This document shows positions 1 to 8,606 of a DNA stretch of 16,627 nt, piece after piece. The DNA lies in UHGV virus genome UHGV-1794905; one strand, given 5' to 3'. The translations under genes were made by a program, and so were the position numbers. This DNA comes from a virus. The notes under the pieces were generated by a model that was given only the letters and a program-made list of their open reading frames with translations, had not been told where the DNA came from and did no database searches. Each line of letters starts with the position of its first letter. Positions within the stretch are counted from its first letter, which is position 1.

Positions 1-686
1 CTGCCGAACTGCTCCGAGTCCACCTGTACGCCGACCAGTGCCGTGTTCGGGTAGCACTGTTTCACATCGATGATTTCGGTGTATGACGACCAGAGCGTTT
101 TGTTCTGCAGCTGGTCTGTGGTGCTGTCCGGCGTCATCCTGCGCATCCGGATATTGAACGGGCGCGGCGGCAGGTTACCCACCACCACCGATGCCAGATA
201 CTGCGAGGTGGTTTTGCCCTTAATGGTGATGTCTTTTTCCGTCACCCAGCCACCATTACGCTGTATCTGAACCAGCAGGCGGACTTCCGACGGATTCCGG
301 TCCCCCTTTGAGGTGGTTTCCACCAGTGCCTGCACACCGAAGGTAAAGCGCAGACGGTCGATGTTTGCCGACGTGATGGTCCTGGTAATCGGCGTGTCGT
401 ACTTCACTTCCGTACCCAGCACCGTCTCGGAGCCGGAGGATTCAAATCCCTCCGGCGGTGTCTGCTCCTGCTCACCGGCCCGGAACACCACCGTGACGCC
501 GGATATATTGGTATTCCCCTCACTGTCCAGCACCGGCGTACTGTTCAGCAGCACGCTTTTTAATCCGTCCACCGGACCTTCAACCGGCCCTTCGCTGATG
601 GCATCGATCACACTCAGCAGCTGCGTGGACTTCAGGTTGTCCTTCGCTTCGCGCGGGGTATGCCCCTTACTGCTGCCTTTACCCAT
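1..686 (-). CDS. J: Tail tip / host-specificity protein J, N-terminal 228 codons only; gene continues past the window start
   Basis: ATG at 686..684 preceded by GGAG; translation begins MGKGSSKGHTPREAKDNLKSTQLLSVIDAISEGP..., matching the lambda J N-terminus as I recall it. Frame stays open to position 1. Sits 60 nt downstream of I, as in lambda. Confidence 0.88.
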   Translation of the reverse strand, partial: MGKGSSKGHTPREAKDNLKSTQLLSVIDAISEGPVEGPVDGLKSVLLNSTPVLDSEGNTNISGVTVVFRAGEQEQTPPEGFESSGSETVLGTEVKYDTPITRTITSANIDRLRFTFGVQALVETTSKGDRNPSEVRLLVQIQRNGGWVTEKDITIKGKTTSQYLASVVVGNLPPRPFNIRMRRMTPDSTTDQLQNKTLWSSYTEIIDVKQCYPNTALVGVQVDSEQFG

Positions 687-708
687 TCGTCATGCTCCAT
701 AAACGATA

Positions 709-728
709 AAACCGCCCGGAGGCGGTTT
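709..728 (-). terminator. Terminator-like hairpin in the I-J intergenic gap
   Basis: Minus strand reads AAACCGCC-TCCG-GGCGGTTT followed by TATCGTTTAT; 8-bp stem with a 5-bp GC core and a U-rich tail, about 18 nt after the I stop codon. Confidence 0.4.
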
Positions 729-746
729 CACATAAAACATTTTGCA

Positions 747-1388
747 TCAGCGACCAATCACCACAACCTGACCACCATCCCCTTCGTCTGCCGTGCTGAT
801 CTCCTGAGAAACCACGCGTGACCCCACGCGCATTTCACCGTACAGAACCGGCAGAACATTGCCCTGGGCAACCATGTTATCCAGTGAAGAAAAATAGGTA
901 TTCTGTTTGCCGTTATCCGTTGTCTGTGTGCGGGGGGTTTTGGGTTTAGGGGCCAGCATCTGTGCAACACCGCCAAGCGTCATACTGGCACCGAGAGAAA
1001 ACAGCAGATTACTCGCCATAATTCCTACCCCCGGCATCCATATAGCAACCGCCATAACAGCCGCCCCCAGCACAGCCTGAAACACACCGCCACTTTTGGC
1101 TCCTGCCAGACGCGGCACGATATGGATCACGGCACCATTTTCCAGCGGCTCATTAAGACGGGCAGACAATTCGGTTTCACCTGCATCACGCCCGGCAATG
1201 CGTACCTGGTACCAGCCGTCGCTCAGTTTCTGACGAAATGCCGGGATCTGCATGGCCAGCGCCCGGATGGCTTCGGACCCCGTTTTCACTCGAAGGTCGA
1301 TGCGGCGGCCAAATCGTTGTAAATCCCCGTAAAGGCAGATGCGTGCCATGCCCGGTGACGCCAGAGGGAGTGTGTGCGTCGCTGCCAT
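747..1388 (-). CDS. I: Tail assembly protein I
   Basis: 213-aa ORF beginning MAATHTLPLASPGMARICLYGDLQRFGRR and ending ...SQEISTADEGDGGQVVVIGR, recognised as lambda gpI. Its 5' end overlaps the K 3' end by 103 nt, the same overlap I recall for lambda K/I. Confidence 0.9.
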   Translation of the reverse strand: MAATHTLPLASPGMARICLYGDLQRFGRRIDLRVKTGSEAIRALAMQIPAFRQKLSDGWYQVRIAGRDAGETELSARLNEPLENGAVIHIVPRLAGAKSGGVFQAVLGAAVMAVAIWMPGVGIMASNLLFSLGASMTLGGVAQMLAPKPKTPRTQTTDNGKQNTYFSSLDNMVAQGNVLPVLYGEMRVGSRVVSQEISTADEGDGGQVVVIGR

Positions 1389-2029
1389 TTGTCGGTGTAC
1401 CTCTCTCGTTTGCTCAGTTGTTCAGGAATATGGTGCAGCAGCTCGCTGTCACCACAGTAAATGGCGGCATGATTCGGCACCGATGAACCAAAACAGCACA
1501 GCAGCACATCGCCCGGCTGCGCCGCTGACAACGGCACCTGATACAGCCCTGTGGCCTCCAGATTATCCAGATAGAGATTCTGACCGTTACGCCACCAGTC
1601 ATCCCCGCGATGAAAATCCGGCATCTCAATTCCCGCCAGATGGTAAGCGTCCCGGAACAGCGTGTAACAGTCCGTTACCCCGTGCTCAAAGCGCCGCCCG
1701 GTGAGATGCGGCACACAGCGGAATTTATGAATCGCCCCCCGGCAGACCAGCCACCACGGCAAATCACTCTGCACCTGCAGCCGCCGGTCGGCCTCACTCA
1801 GCCAGGGCAGACCACCGGGGTGGCTGTGGACCAGCGCCACCACCTCACCCTGCATTTCTGCCTGCAGCCAGTCTTCCGGCGACATACGGAAATACGCCTC
1901 CGGCTCACCGGAGATATTCACGCAGGGAAAATATCTTTCCCCCTCCGGCGTTCTCACCACGAAGCCGCACGACTCCGCTGGCGCACATCGTCGGGCGTGC
2001 GCCAGAATCGCTGATTCTGTCTGTGTCAT
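1286..2029 (-). CDS. K: Tail assembly protein K with N-terminal JAMM/MPN metalloprotease motif and C-terminal NlpC/P60-like domain
   Basis: ATG at 2029 lies 4 nt after the L stop (TAATCCCATG coupling). Contains HSHPGGLPWLSEAD, an exact H-x-H-x7-S-x2-D JAMM motif, and downstream Cys/His residues typical of NlpC/P60. The ORF-track start at 2071 overlaps L and is rejected. The classical 199-aa lambda K corresponds to an internal Met (MSPEDW...). Confidence 0.85.
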   Translation of the reverse strand: MTQTESAILAHARRCAPAESCGFVVRTPEGERYFPCVNISGEPEAYFRMSPEDWLQAEMQGEVVALVHSHPGGLPWLSEADRRLQVQSDLPWWLVCRGAIHKFRCVPHLTGRRFEHGVTDCYTLFRDAYHLAGIEMPDFHRGDDWWRNGQNLYLDNLEATGLYQVPLSAAQPGDVLLCCFGSSVPNHAAIYCGDSELLHHIPEQLSKRERYTDKWQRRTHSLWRHRAWHASAFTGIYNDLAAASTFE

Positions 2030-2033
2030 GGGA

Positions 2034-2732
2034 TTACTGCGAAAGTTTGTTAATGGAAAGGAAGCCGCCAAAGTTGCCGACGTTATTGCGGAACTTACAA
2101 CCGCTCAGGCATTTGCTGCATTTATCCTTCGTGATATCGGACGTTGGCTGGTCATATTCATCCGCGACCGCCGGACCGTGATAACCGCACTCATCGCCGC
2201 GATAGGTCCAGGTGCAGGTGTTGGCCAGCATGATACGTCCCGGAAAAACAGCGCCGTCCGTTTCCGTCGGCGTGGACAGTACAAAAGAGGCACTCACCGC
2301 GCTCAGTTCGCTGCACTGCTCGATGCGCCAGCGGCTGATCACCTCCTGCTCCGGATCGGCGTCACTGTTTCCGTTGACGAAGTTCACCGCATCCAGAAAA
2401 CGGGCGTAAACCTTACGCCGGACCACCGTTCCGCCGACCAGACTCTGCAGATCTTCCGCCATCCCGGTGACCATACCGTACAGGTTAGAAACCGTCAGCG
2501 TGGGGCGCGTACTGGTGCCTTTGCCATTCAGTTCGAAACCACTCCCCTGAATGGGATACGCCTGATACTGTCGCCCCTGCCAGGTGACTGGTTCACCTTT
2601 TTCGTTCTGCTCATTACAGAAAAAATAACGTTCTCCACCAACCTCTGTCAGATCGATTTCCCAGAGCACCACGCTGGCCGACTGCTCCGCACGGGTGCAT
2701 TCACTCTGTGTTTCCTGCCGGATATCCTGCAT
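2034..2732 (-). CDS. L: Minor tail protein L
   Basis: 232-aa ORF MQDIRQETQSECTRAEQSASVVLWEIDLTEVGGERYFFCNEQNEKGEP..., near-identical to lambda gpL by recall; its ATG overlaps the M stop codon by 1 nt. Confidence 0.92.
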   Translation of the reverse strand: MQDIRQETQSECTRAEQSASVVLWEIDLTEVGGERYFFCNEQNEKGEPVTWQGRQYQAYPIQGSGFELNGKGTSTRPTLTVSNLYGMVTGMAEDLQSLVGGTVVRRKVYARFLDAVNFVNGNSDADPEQEVISRWRIEQCSELSAVSASFVLSTPTETDGAVFPGRIMLANTCTWTYRGDECGYHGPAVADEYDQPTSDITKDKCSKCLSGCKFRNNVGNFGGFLSINKLSQ

Positions 2733-3061
2733 CAGTTCACCACCTGTTTAAACTCTGCACTGAACTCAACACGCAGCATACTGACCCGCGACGACCATTT
2801 TGCGCAGGTCACCTTTATCTGCCGCCACTCATAAGGCGGCGTCCACAGAAAGGATTTCCAGCCACCGTGCTCAGCCAGAAACGACTCCAGCGCCGTGGCC
2901 TCCCAACGGGGAACAGAAAGCGTCACGCTGTACGTTTTCAGGTCGGCATTCAGCCCGGCAGGCGCTCGCTGGGAGTAACCATCCCCAAAACGCACTTCCC
3001 TGACTAAAGGAGTCGAAGCCACCTCCATACCAGGTTTTACCTTCCAGTGAAACGTTTTCAT
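2732..3061 (-). CDS. M: Minor tail protein M
   Basis: 109-aa ORF MKTFHWKVKPGMEVASTPLVREVRFGDGYSQRAPAGLNADLKTYSVTLSVP..., near-identical to lambda gpM and the same length; ATGA overlap with the H stop. Confidence 0.92.
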   Translation of the reverse strand: MKTFHWKVKPGMEVASTPLVREVRFGDGYSQRAPAGLNADLKTYSVTLSVPRWEATALESFLAEHGGWKSFLWTPPYEWRQIKVTCAKWSSRVSMLRVEFSAEFKQVVN

Positions 3062-6000
3062 CGCCCGCCTCCTGAATACAGTCCGCCATCACGGGACTGC
3101 TGTTGCATAAAGTCCGCTGCCGCTTTTTTCCCGAGATCATAAACCGCCTTCAGGGCAGCCGGACCTATCTGCCCGTTCGTGCCGTCGTTATTGATCTCGA
3201 TGTTGTACTGCGGGGCAAACATCGCCATACCTGAACCACTAATATCCGCCACAACCCCCAGCTTACCGTCAGCACCACGACGCAGTGGCAGAATGGCTTC
3301 AGGTCCAGCTTCCCCCATCACACCCGCGCCTTTTGCAAAAGCAAAAAATGTTGGACGGTTAACCACCGTGCCACTGTAGCGACTCAAATCAGCAGACTGA
3401 TAAACACCGCCATCAGCATTAGCCGTAAAGCCAAATAAAGAACCGACGCCCTTTACCGCCTGCATCATAGTCATCTGCGCCATAATTTTTGCCATATCTG
3501 ACAGCAGGGAAGAGGTGAAGGATTTGAAATTGAGTTTGCCAGTGGTACAGAATGTCGCCAGCCCGTCGCTCGCACTGCTGAATGCCGATGTAAACATTTG
3601 TTCAGCAGTTCCTGCCGCATTATCCGCTTCTGCCGTAAAATTCTGAAACGCACGTATGGCACCGTTTTTCCAGTTACCCTGCACAACTTCAAGCTGTTGC
3701 CAGTAGCGGCGATTCTCATTCAGTTGTCGGTTCAGGCTCTCCGTCAGCGCCTGCTCGGCCTTTCTGTAGTCATCCGTGTTATATGTCCCTTTCTGCTCAC
3801 TATCCCGCCTCAACTGCTCCAGCTGTTGCTGGTATTTCTGGCGAAGACTCAGTTGTACCTGATACCGCTGCCGCAGCTGTTCGCCCATACCCACCGTGGC
3901 GATATCCAGGTCATGTTGCTGACGCTGAGCGCGTTCTTCTTCAGCCAGTTGACTGGTCAGCTGAATTGTTTTTTTCTTCAGCTCGTTGAGTGCCGTCTGC
4001 TTCTGAAGCTCCTGCTGTTTTACATCCAGCAACGTCAGTGCCTGAATCAGTTCATCTTTACGGGCCAGCACACTCTTTTCATCTGCCGTCAGTTTTTTCC
4101 CGTCCAGGTCGCTGATGCGCTGCTGCAGAGCCAGAAGCTGTTTATGCGCTTCTGTCATCCTGTCAGTGGCAATGCCTGCTGACTGTCTGGCAGCAGCAAT
4201 CTGCCCTTCCACCTGTGCCTGTTGCTGACTGTACTGCAGCAATAACCGGGTGGCCTCATCATTACGGGTTTCGCGTGTTTTTTTCTTACCGGATGCCAGG
4301 GCTTTCTCGTAACGTTCATTTTCACGTTGTATCGCCGCATCCCTGACAGCCTGGTCGGCGTACTGCATGGCATTAATACGCGCAATTTCACGCTGATGTC
4401 GTGCTGCTTCCGTTTCATTCATCCGGTTCAGTGCAGCATTTTCAGCATTACGGCGTTTCTGTTGCTCCTGATAATTCCGCTCTGCCTGCTCTTTTGCATC
4501 CAGCAAATCCTTCTGGCGTTTTTTCTCCTGAAGATCGTTAAGACGCTGCTGATCGTACTCCACCTGAGTGGATGAATTCGTCCACGAAAACTTTTTCGCC
4601 CGCTGAATTTTTTCCTGTAAGGAAGCTATCTGCCCATCCAGTGAATCTTCACGACCGATGTTCAGGGCCGCGTCCCAGAAACGGCTCCACAAATCAGACA
4701 GATATTTCAGCGTACTGCCCAGCGCATTAAGATTATTATCAATATCCGCAGTACGCCGACCGGTTTCCTCTGCCAGTGCAGACATAGCTATCCGTGCAGC
4801 ATCACTGGACCGTCCCTGTTCCCCAAGAACGCGTATCTGCTCAAGCTGAGTGGCAGTAAGAAAATGCAGCTCATTGTCCAGAGCCTTCGCGACATTTACA
4901 GGATCATCCTTCAGCCGCTTAAACTGATTTATGGTATCGCTGACCGACTGACCAACCGATCGCTCCATCTGTGCGGCAGCTCTCGCCACCATACCGATAT
5001 CGTTTCCACGAAATGCACCACTCCCCACCACCTGAGCCAACGCACCGGCTGCAGCATGTTGCGTGATACCATTCCCGGAAATAGCACGACTGAGCGTCCA
5101 CAGCTGCCCGGCAGTGACTCCGGCATAATGCCCCGTCAGCGACAGCTGGCGGTTAAATTCTTCCCCCTCCTTCTGACCGTCATACCAGGCTTTACCCAGA
5201 CCATAGACGGCCGCGGCAATACCGCCAATAACCCCGCCCAGCATCATACCTTTCGGTGACATCAGTGTGTCTATCCATCCGGCACGGTTAGCCAGCGTTA
5301 TCCCGGATCCCCTCAGCGCCCCTAAATTGCCGCGGGCCAGTTCACCTATCAGAACGCCTATCTCCCGGCGGGCCGCTGCACTTTTCAGCCCCAGCGAATG
5401 CGTGGCTTTTCCTGCCTGCTCCATTTTGCGGATATACACTTCTGCAGCACTGCTTACCCCCAGCTGGGCAGCCTTAGCACGAAGCAACTCAGAAGAAGAA
5501 AGATTCTGGCGGGTTGCCTGCTCTTTAAGCTGACGGATAAACGCCACTTTCTGTCGGGTGGCCTCTTCCTCAGCCTGTGTAAGAACACGGGTTTTCGCAG
5601 TAACCTCAGAAATCAGCGCCAGATAATCCTGCTGACCAATCCCGCCACTGTTTCTGGCCTGTCGGATCTGCTGCTGAATACGCTGTAATTCCTGCAGCCC
5701 CGCACTGGCCTGTTTCACACTGTCAATCTGACGATAAAACGCGGCAGCCGCTTTATCCTGAGCCTCCGCCAGAGCCATGGCCTGTGCCTGTTCCTCGCGC
5801 ATTTTCTGGCTCAGCACCTCCATGCGCTGGCGGGTTTGCTCCACCTCGCTGGCCATGCGTTCATGAGCCTGTGCGCTCTTCTCCACCGTCTGCGCATGGA
5901 CGGATGCGGCTGTTGCAGCCGAAGAAGCCGCCTGCGTTGTCTGCCGGGCGGCCTGAGTCTGACGCTCCATAAAACGCTGCATACGGGCAGAAGACCGTTC

Positions 6001-6108
6001 TGCATCGCTGGCTGCACCATTCAGAAGGTTTTTGATACGGGGAATTTCATTTTTAAACTCTGCCGCATCAATCCCTAAATCAATGACCAGGTTGGCTATC
6101 TGGTCCAT
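3058..6108 (-). CDS. H: Tail tape measure protein, 1016 aa
   Basis: C-terminus NDGTNGQIGPAALKAVYDLGKKAAADFMQQQSRDGGLYSGGGR matches the lambda gpH C-terminus; N-terminus MDQIANLVIDLGIDAAEF resembles lambda H; long Q/E/R/K-rich coiled-coil centre. Start set at ATG 6108 (GGAGG 9 nt upstream) rather than the ORF-track start at 6138. Confidence 0.9.
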   Translation of the reverse strand: MDQIANLVIDLGIDAAEFKNEIPRIKNLLNGAASDAERSSARMQRFMERQTQAARQTTQAASSAATAASVHAQTVEKSAQAHERMASEVEQTRQRMEVLSQKMREEQAQAMALAEAQDKAAAAFYRQIDSVKQASAGLQELQRIQQQIRQARNSGGIGQQDYLALISEVTAKTRVLTQAEEEATRQKVAFIRQLKEQATRQNLSSSELLRAKAAQLGVSSAAEVYIRKMEQAGKATHSLGLKSAAARREIGVLIGELARGNLGALRGSGITLANRAGWIDTLMSPKGMMLGGVIGGIAAAVYGLGKAWYDGQKEGEEFNRQLSLTGHYAGVTAGQLWTLSRAISGNGITQHAAAGALAQVVGSGAFRGNDIGMVARAAAQMERSVGQSVSDTINQFKRLKDDPVNVAKALDNELHFLTATQLEQIRVLGEQGRSSDAARIAMSALAEETGRRTADIDNNLNALGSTLKYLSDLWSRFWDAALNIGREDSLDGQIASLQEKIQRAKKFSWTNSSTQVEYDQQRLNDLQEKKRQKDLLDAKEQAERNYQEQQKRRNAENAALNRMNETEAARHQREIARINAMQYADQAVRDAAIQRENERYEKALASGKKKTRETRNDEATRLLLQYSQQQAQVEGQIAAARQSAGIATDRMTEAHKQLLALQQRISDLDGKKLTADEKSVLARKDELIQALTLLDVKQQELQKQTALNELKKKTIQLTSQLAEEERAQRQQHDLDIATVGMGEQLRQRYQVQLSLRQKYQQQLEQLRRDSEQKGTYNTDDYRKAEQALTESLNRQLNENRRYWQQLEVVQGNWKNGAIRAFQNFTAEADNAAGTAEQMFTSAFSSASDGLATFCTTGKLNFKSFTSSLLSDMAKIMAQMTMMQAVKGVGSLFGFTANADGGVYQSADLSRYSGTVVNRPTFFAFAKGAGVMGEAGPEAILPLRRGADGKLGVVADISGSGMAMFAPQYNIEINNDGTNGQIGPAALKAVYDLGKKAAADFMQQQSRDGGLYSGGGR

Positions 6109-6807
6109 AACGCACACCTCCGGAAATACCTTCCCCAAGATGCATCAGTTCTTCGTCCGTTCGCTCCGGTATCCCGTTCTCTTCCGGTAAAAGGCTGAAA
6201 TCAGCCACCGCAGCATCACTGCTGCCGGACACCATTCTCACGATCAATGCCTTCAGCGAGGCAAACTGCGCATCCATCCACACATCACTGAAGCTCTGCA
6301 TCCGGAAATAATCGCCCCACTCACCAAGCTCAGTGGCCGACATTTCCGACAACATCCGCCGCCAGTCTGCCCGCCGGAACTCCCGGGCAAGCCGCATGAC
6401 AAACTGCATTTCCCGCGTCAGGACTTTTCCGGCGTCAGCGCCTCATGCTCATCATCCCCGGCATTCTCAATGGCTCCCATACCGCTCAGCGACAGAACCA
6501 TCTCCGCCCCCGCTCCCAGGGCATCATACGACCATGTTGTAATAACGGATGCGCAAAGCGCCTCTACATCCTTAGACTGATCCGCATTCCACAGGGAGCG
6601 GGAAACCAGCCAGGCATTGATATCCATCCCCATCCGCAGAAAAGCAATCTGTCGTTCAGCCTCCGGCAGTTCTCCCTCCCCGGCATCAAACTTTGCCGTT
6701 CGCTGCTGAACAAACGCCAGATATTCAATTCTCTGCAGCCCGGACAGCTCACTGAGCATCACGGACTGTTTTTCATAATTAAACGTGTCCTGTTTCAGAA
6801 ACATCAT
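6080..6807 (-). CDS. T: Tail assembly chaperone G-T fusion, made by a programmed -1 ribosomal frameshift near the 3' end of G
   Basis: The T-frame ORF (…MQFVMRLAREFRRADWRRMLSEMSATELGEWGDYFRMQSF…) lies in the -1 frame relative to G. The T frame is closed by a stop at 6445..6443 and the G frame ends at 6420..6418, so the shift must occur inside 6421..6442, which contains CCGGAAAAG. Exact junction not determined. Confidence 0.7.
6418..6807 (-). CDS. G: Tail assembly chaperone G
   Basis: 129 aa from the ATGATG at 6807 (GGTGGAGAAC upstream); MMFLKQDTFNYEKQSVMLSELSGLQRIEYLAFVQQ resembles lambda gpG (MFLKTESFEHNGVTVTLSELSALQRIEHLALMK). The ORF-track start at 6846 is upstream read-through. Confidence 0.85.
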   Translation of the reverse strand: MMFLKQDTFNYEKQSVMLSELSGLQRIEYLAFVQQRTAKFDAGEGELPEAERQIAFLRMGMDINAWLVSRSLWNADQSKDVEALCASVITTWSYDALGAGAEMVLSLSGMGAIENAGDDEHEALTPEKS

Positions 6808-6820
6808 GTTCTCCACCTGC

Positions 6821-6844
6821 AAAAAAGCCCCGGATAACCGGGGC
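6821..6844 (-). terminator. Intrinsic terminator between V and G
   Basis: Minus strand reads GCCCCGG-TTAT-CCGGGGC followed by TTTTTT: a perfect 7-bp GC stem, 4-nt loop and U6 tract, about 20 nt after the V stop and just before the G ribosome-binding site. Confidence 0.6.
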
Positions 6845-6864
6845 AAATGATGAGTATCGTCCTG

Positions 6865-7608
6865 TTAACCTGCGGCGCTGACAGCCACCGTAGCCACTGC
6901 CACAAAATCGCCGTCAGAAGTCATGCCCACAATGCTGACACTGCCCTGCTTCACGCCTTTCACCGTGGCCACAAGCCCGTTCAGGGTCACCGTGGCAGTC
7001 TGTGGATCTGTCGAATGCACACTGATCGCTTTGTCACTGGCTCCGTCAGGTTTTACTGTAAAGGTCAGCGTGGTGGTTGCTCCCACTTTTACACTGGCAG
7101 ATGCCGGTGCCACCGTCAGCCCGGTAACGCCCACGGTTTCAGTGCCTTCCTCTGCCAGATACGGACGCCCCACACCGCTGATTTTCACTGTGCGGGTCAT
7201 CACGTCTTTTGAGGCAATGGTTTTACCCAGTGAGCTCAGCCAGCCACGGAAAACATCAACAGTGCCGTTGGGATATTTGATACGAAACGCGCAGACTTCA
7301 CCGGAGTCGAACAACTGAACCAGTTTTTTCTGCCCGCTGTCACCCGGACGCCAGGCCAGCGTCGCCGAAGTATCACCGACGGATTTCTGCCCCTGGGTTG
7401 TCGTTTTCCAGTCTGCATCTTCATCATCGAGATAAGTGTCATCTTCTGCATCAGCGGTCATTTCGCCAGGTTGCAGATCCTTCACCATCGCAAGACGCAG
7501 CCAGTCAGTGTCCGATAAAGGGTTCGCAAACGCATCGTCCTTGCCGGTGTACATCCAGAACGTCGTTCCCGCACCTTTCGTTTTTGCCAGTGGATTTGGT
7601 GTGGTCAT
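6865..7608 (-). CDS. V: Major tail tube protein V, with C-terminal Ig-like domain
   Basis: MTTPNPLAKTKGAGTTFWMYTGKDDAFANPLSDTDWLRLAMVKDL...DDEDADW...GQKS.GDTS.TLAW resembles lambda gpV ([45 protein letters not shown]). The T/V/S-rich C-terminal ~90 aa is Ig-like. Start at ATG 7608 preceded by AAGGAGGTGGTA; ORF-track start at 7683 rejected. Confidence 0.9.
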   Translation of the reverse strand: MTTPNPLAKTKGAGTTFWMYTGKDDAFANPLSDTDWLRLAMVKDLQPGEMTADAEDDTYLDDEDADWKTTTQGQKSVGDTSATLAWRPGDSGQKKLVQLFDSGEVCAFRIKYPNGTVDVFRGWLSSLGKTIASKDVMTRTVKISGVGRPYLAEEGTETVGVTGLTVAPASASVKVGATTTLTFTVKPDGASDKAISVHSTDPQTATVTLNGLVATVKGVKQGSVSIVGMTSDGDFVAVATVAVSAAG

Positions 7609-7618
7609 TACCACCTCC

Positions 7619-8020
7619 TTAATTCGTGTACGTGATCTGGTACGTGATTTCCGCCATCGCCCAGGTGGCCATCTCATTATCACGTTGATAGTTAAAACCG
7701 AGTGGGTTCAGGGTGTCGATGAGTCCGGAAAGGGCCGGCATATCACTCAGGGCCGGAAAAATGGTGCTCTCCATCCACGTATCCAGCTCCGAATCCGGTG
7801 CCTGTGCCCGGATGAAGACGGCAATATGCAGAACAGCCTGCCAGTCATCTTCATCCGTCATTTTTCCGGTGTACTGTGCATCACTCAGCCACACCGCCAC
7901 AGCAGGCAGTTCCTGCGCATCAATAAATGCCGGAAGCCCGTCAAAAAACGTGGCGCTGTCTCCACACTGTTCCCGAAGGCGTGCCAGTACGACCTGGCGA
8001 ATTTGTGTATGTCGGTTCAT
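7619..8020 (-). CDS. U: Tail terminator protein U
   Basis: ...ATFFDGLPAFIDAQELPAVAVWLSDAQYTGK...WQAVLHIAVFIRAQAPDSELDTWMESTIFPALSDMPALS matches lambda gpU (GATFFDGRPAVFDEADFPAVAVYLTGAEYTGE...DSELDAWMESRIYPVMSDIPALS). Start chosen at ATG 8020 (ATGA coupling with the Z stop); the in-frame ATG at 8032 is an alternative. Confidence 0.85.
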   Translation of the reverse strand: MNRHTQIRQVVLARLREQCGDSATFFDGLPAFIDAQELPAVAVWLSDAQYTGKMTDEDDWQAVLHIAVFIRAQAPDSELDTWMESTIFPALSDMPALSGLIDTLNPLGFNYQRDNEMATWAMAEITYQITYTN

Positions 8021-8595
8021 CGGGTCAGCCATAACCTCAGTTGTTGTTTCAGTGCATACCCCAGTTGCTTCGGCATTTCCGCAGTAATGATGCGGTCGCG
8101 GGCATCTTCAAATGCCTGTGTCAGCGGTCCGGACAGCGGGATTTTCACCACATCAATGGGGTAACGATTTTTGCCATCAATACGCCGCATCACATGCCAG
8201 CGACCATTCGCCAGCTGCTGAATAAACGCATCCCGGAAAAGATATTTACCCACCTTCAGCACACTGCCACGGTACTGCAGTTTTCCACCACGCCGGGCCA
8301 GTCTGACCTGGGCCGTCCCCAGCTTAATGGCGGGCAGGTTGCCCCGGTTAACGCGGATCCTGGCCGTCATTTTTCCTGACGGACTGGCTTTAAACACCCG
8401 GACACGCTGACGTACCAGTTTCAGGGGTATCCCTTTCACCTGGTTATCTCCCGCAACGGTATTCCCGGCAACCTGCCGGGTGGCAACCGAGACCGCTTTC
8501 TGCGCCACACGGTTTATCGCCCATGCGCTGGCCTGTGGCACCATACGGGTATCAAGGCTGTTCAGATTGCGGATGGCATTCTCAAGCCCCTTCAT
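8017..8595 (-). CDS. Z: Tail completion protein Z
   Basis: 192 aa, the same length as lambda gpZ; MKGLENAIRNLNSLD...AWAINRVAQKAVSVATRQVA...RIRVNRGNLPAIKLG...FIQQLANGRWHVMRRIDGKNRYPIDVVKIP...LGYALKQQLR aligns with lambda Z motif by motif. GAGGTG ribosome-binding site 5 nt upstream. Confidence 0.9.
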   Translation of the reverse strand: MKGLENAIRNLNSLDTRMVPQASAWAINRVAQKAVSVATRQVAGNTVAGDNQVKGIPLKLVRQRVRVFKASPSGKMTARIRVNRGNLPAIKLGTAQVRLARRGGKLQYRGSVLKVGKYLFRDAFIQQLANGRWHVMRRIDGKNRYPIDVVKIPLSGPLTQAFEDARDRIITAEMPKQLGYALKQQLRLWLTR

Positions 8596-8606
8596 CCCAC
8601 ACCTCT

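Noticed and set aside
313-702. Plus-strand ORFs 313..702 and 70..270
   Set aside because: Antisense to the J N-terminus, which matches lambda J residue by residue.
1286-2071. ORF-track 261-aa version of K starting MAASFPLTNF
   Set aside because: That start overlaps the L coding region; the ATG at 2029 is translationally coupled to the L stop and gives the conserved MTQTES start.
2028-2834. Plus-strand ORF of 268 aa
   Set aside because: Lies entirely antisense to L, whose product is near-identical to lambda gpL. No ribosome-binding site, and the translation is Arg/Leu-rich in the way of antisense readings of GC-rich coding DNA.
3598-4182. Plus-strand ORF of 194 aa with hydrophobic, Leu-rich sequence
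   Set aside because: Antisense to the tape-measure coiled-coil region; codons for Gln/Glu/Lys/Ala read backwards give Leu/Phe-rich hydrophobic-looking sequence. No independent support.
7436-8164. Plus-strand ORF of 242 aa
   Set aside because: Antisense to V, U and Z, all confidently assigned. Low-complexity Ser/Arg/Cys-rich translation.
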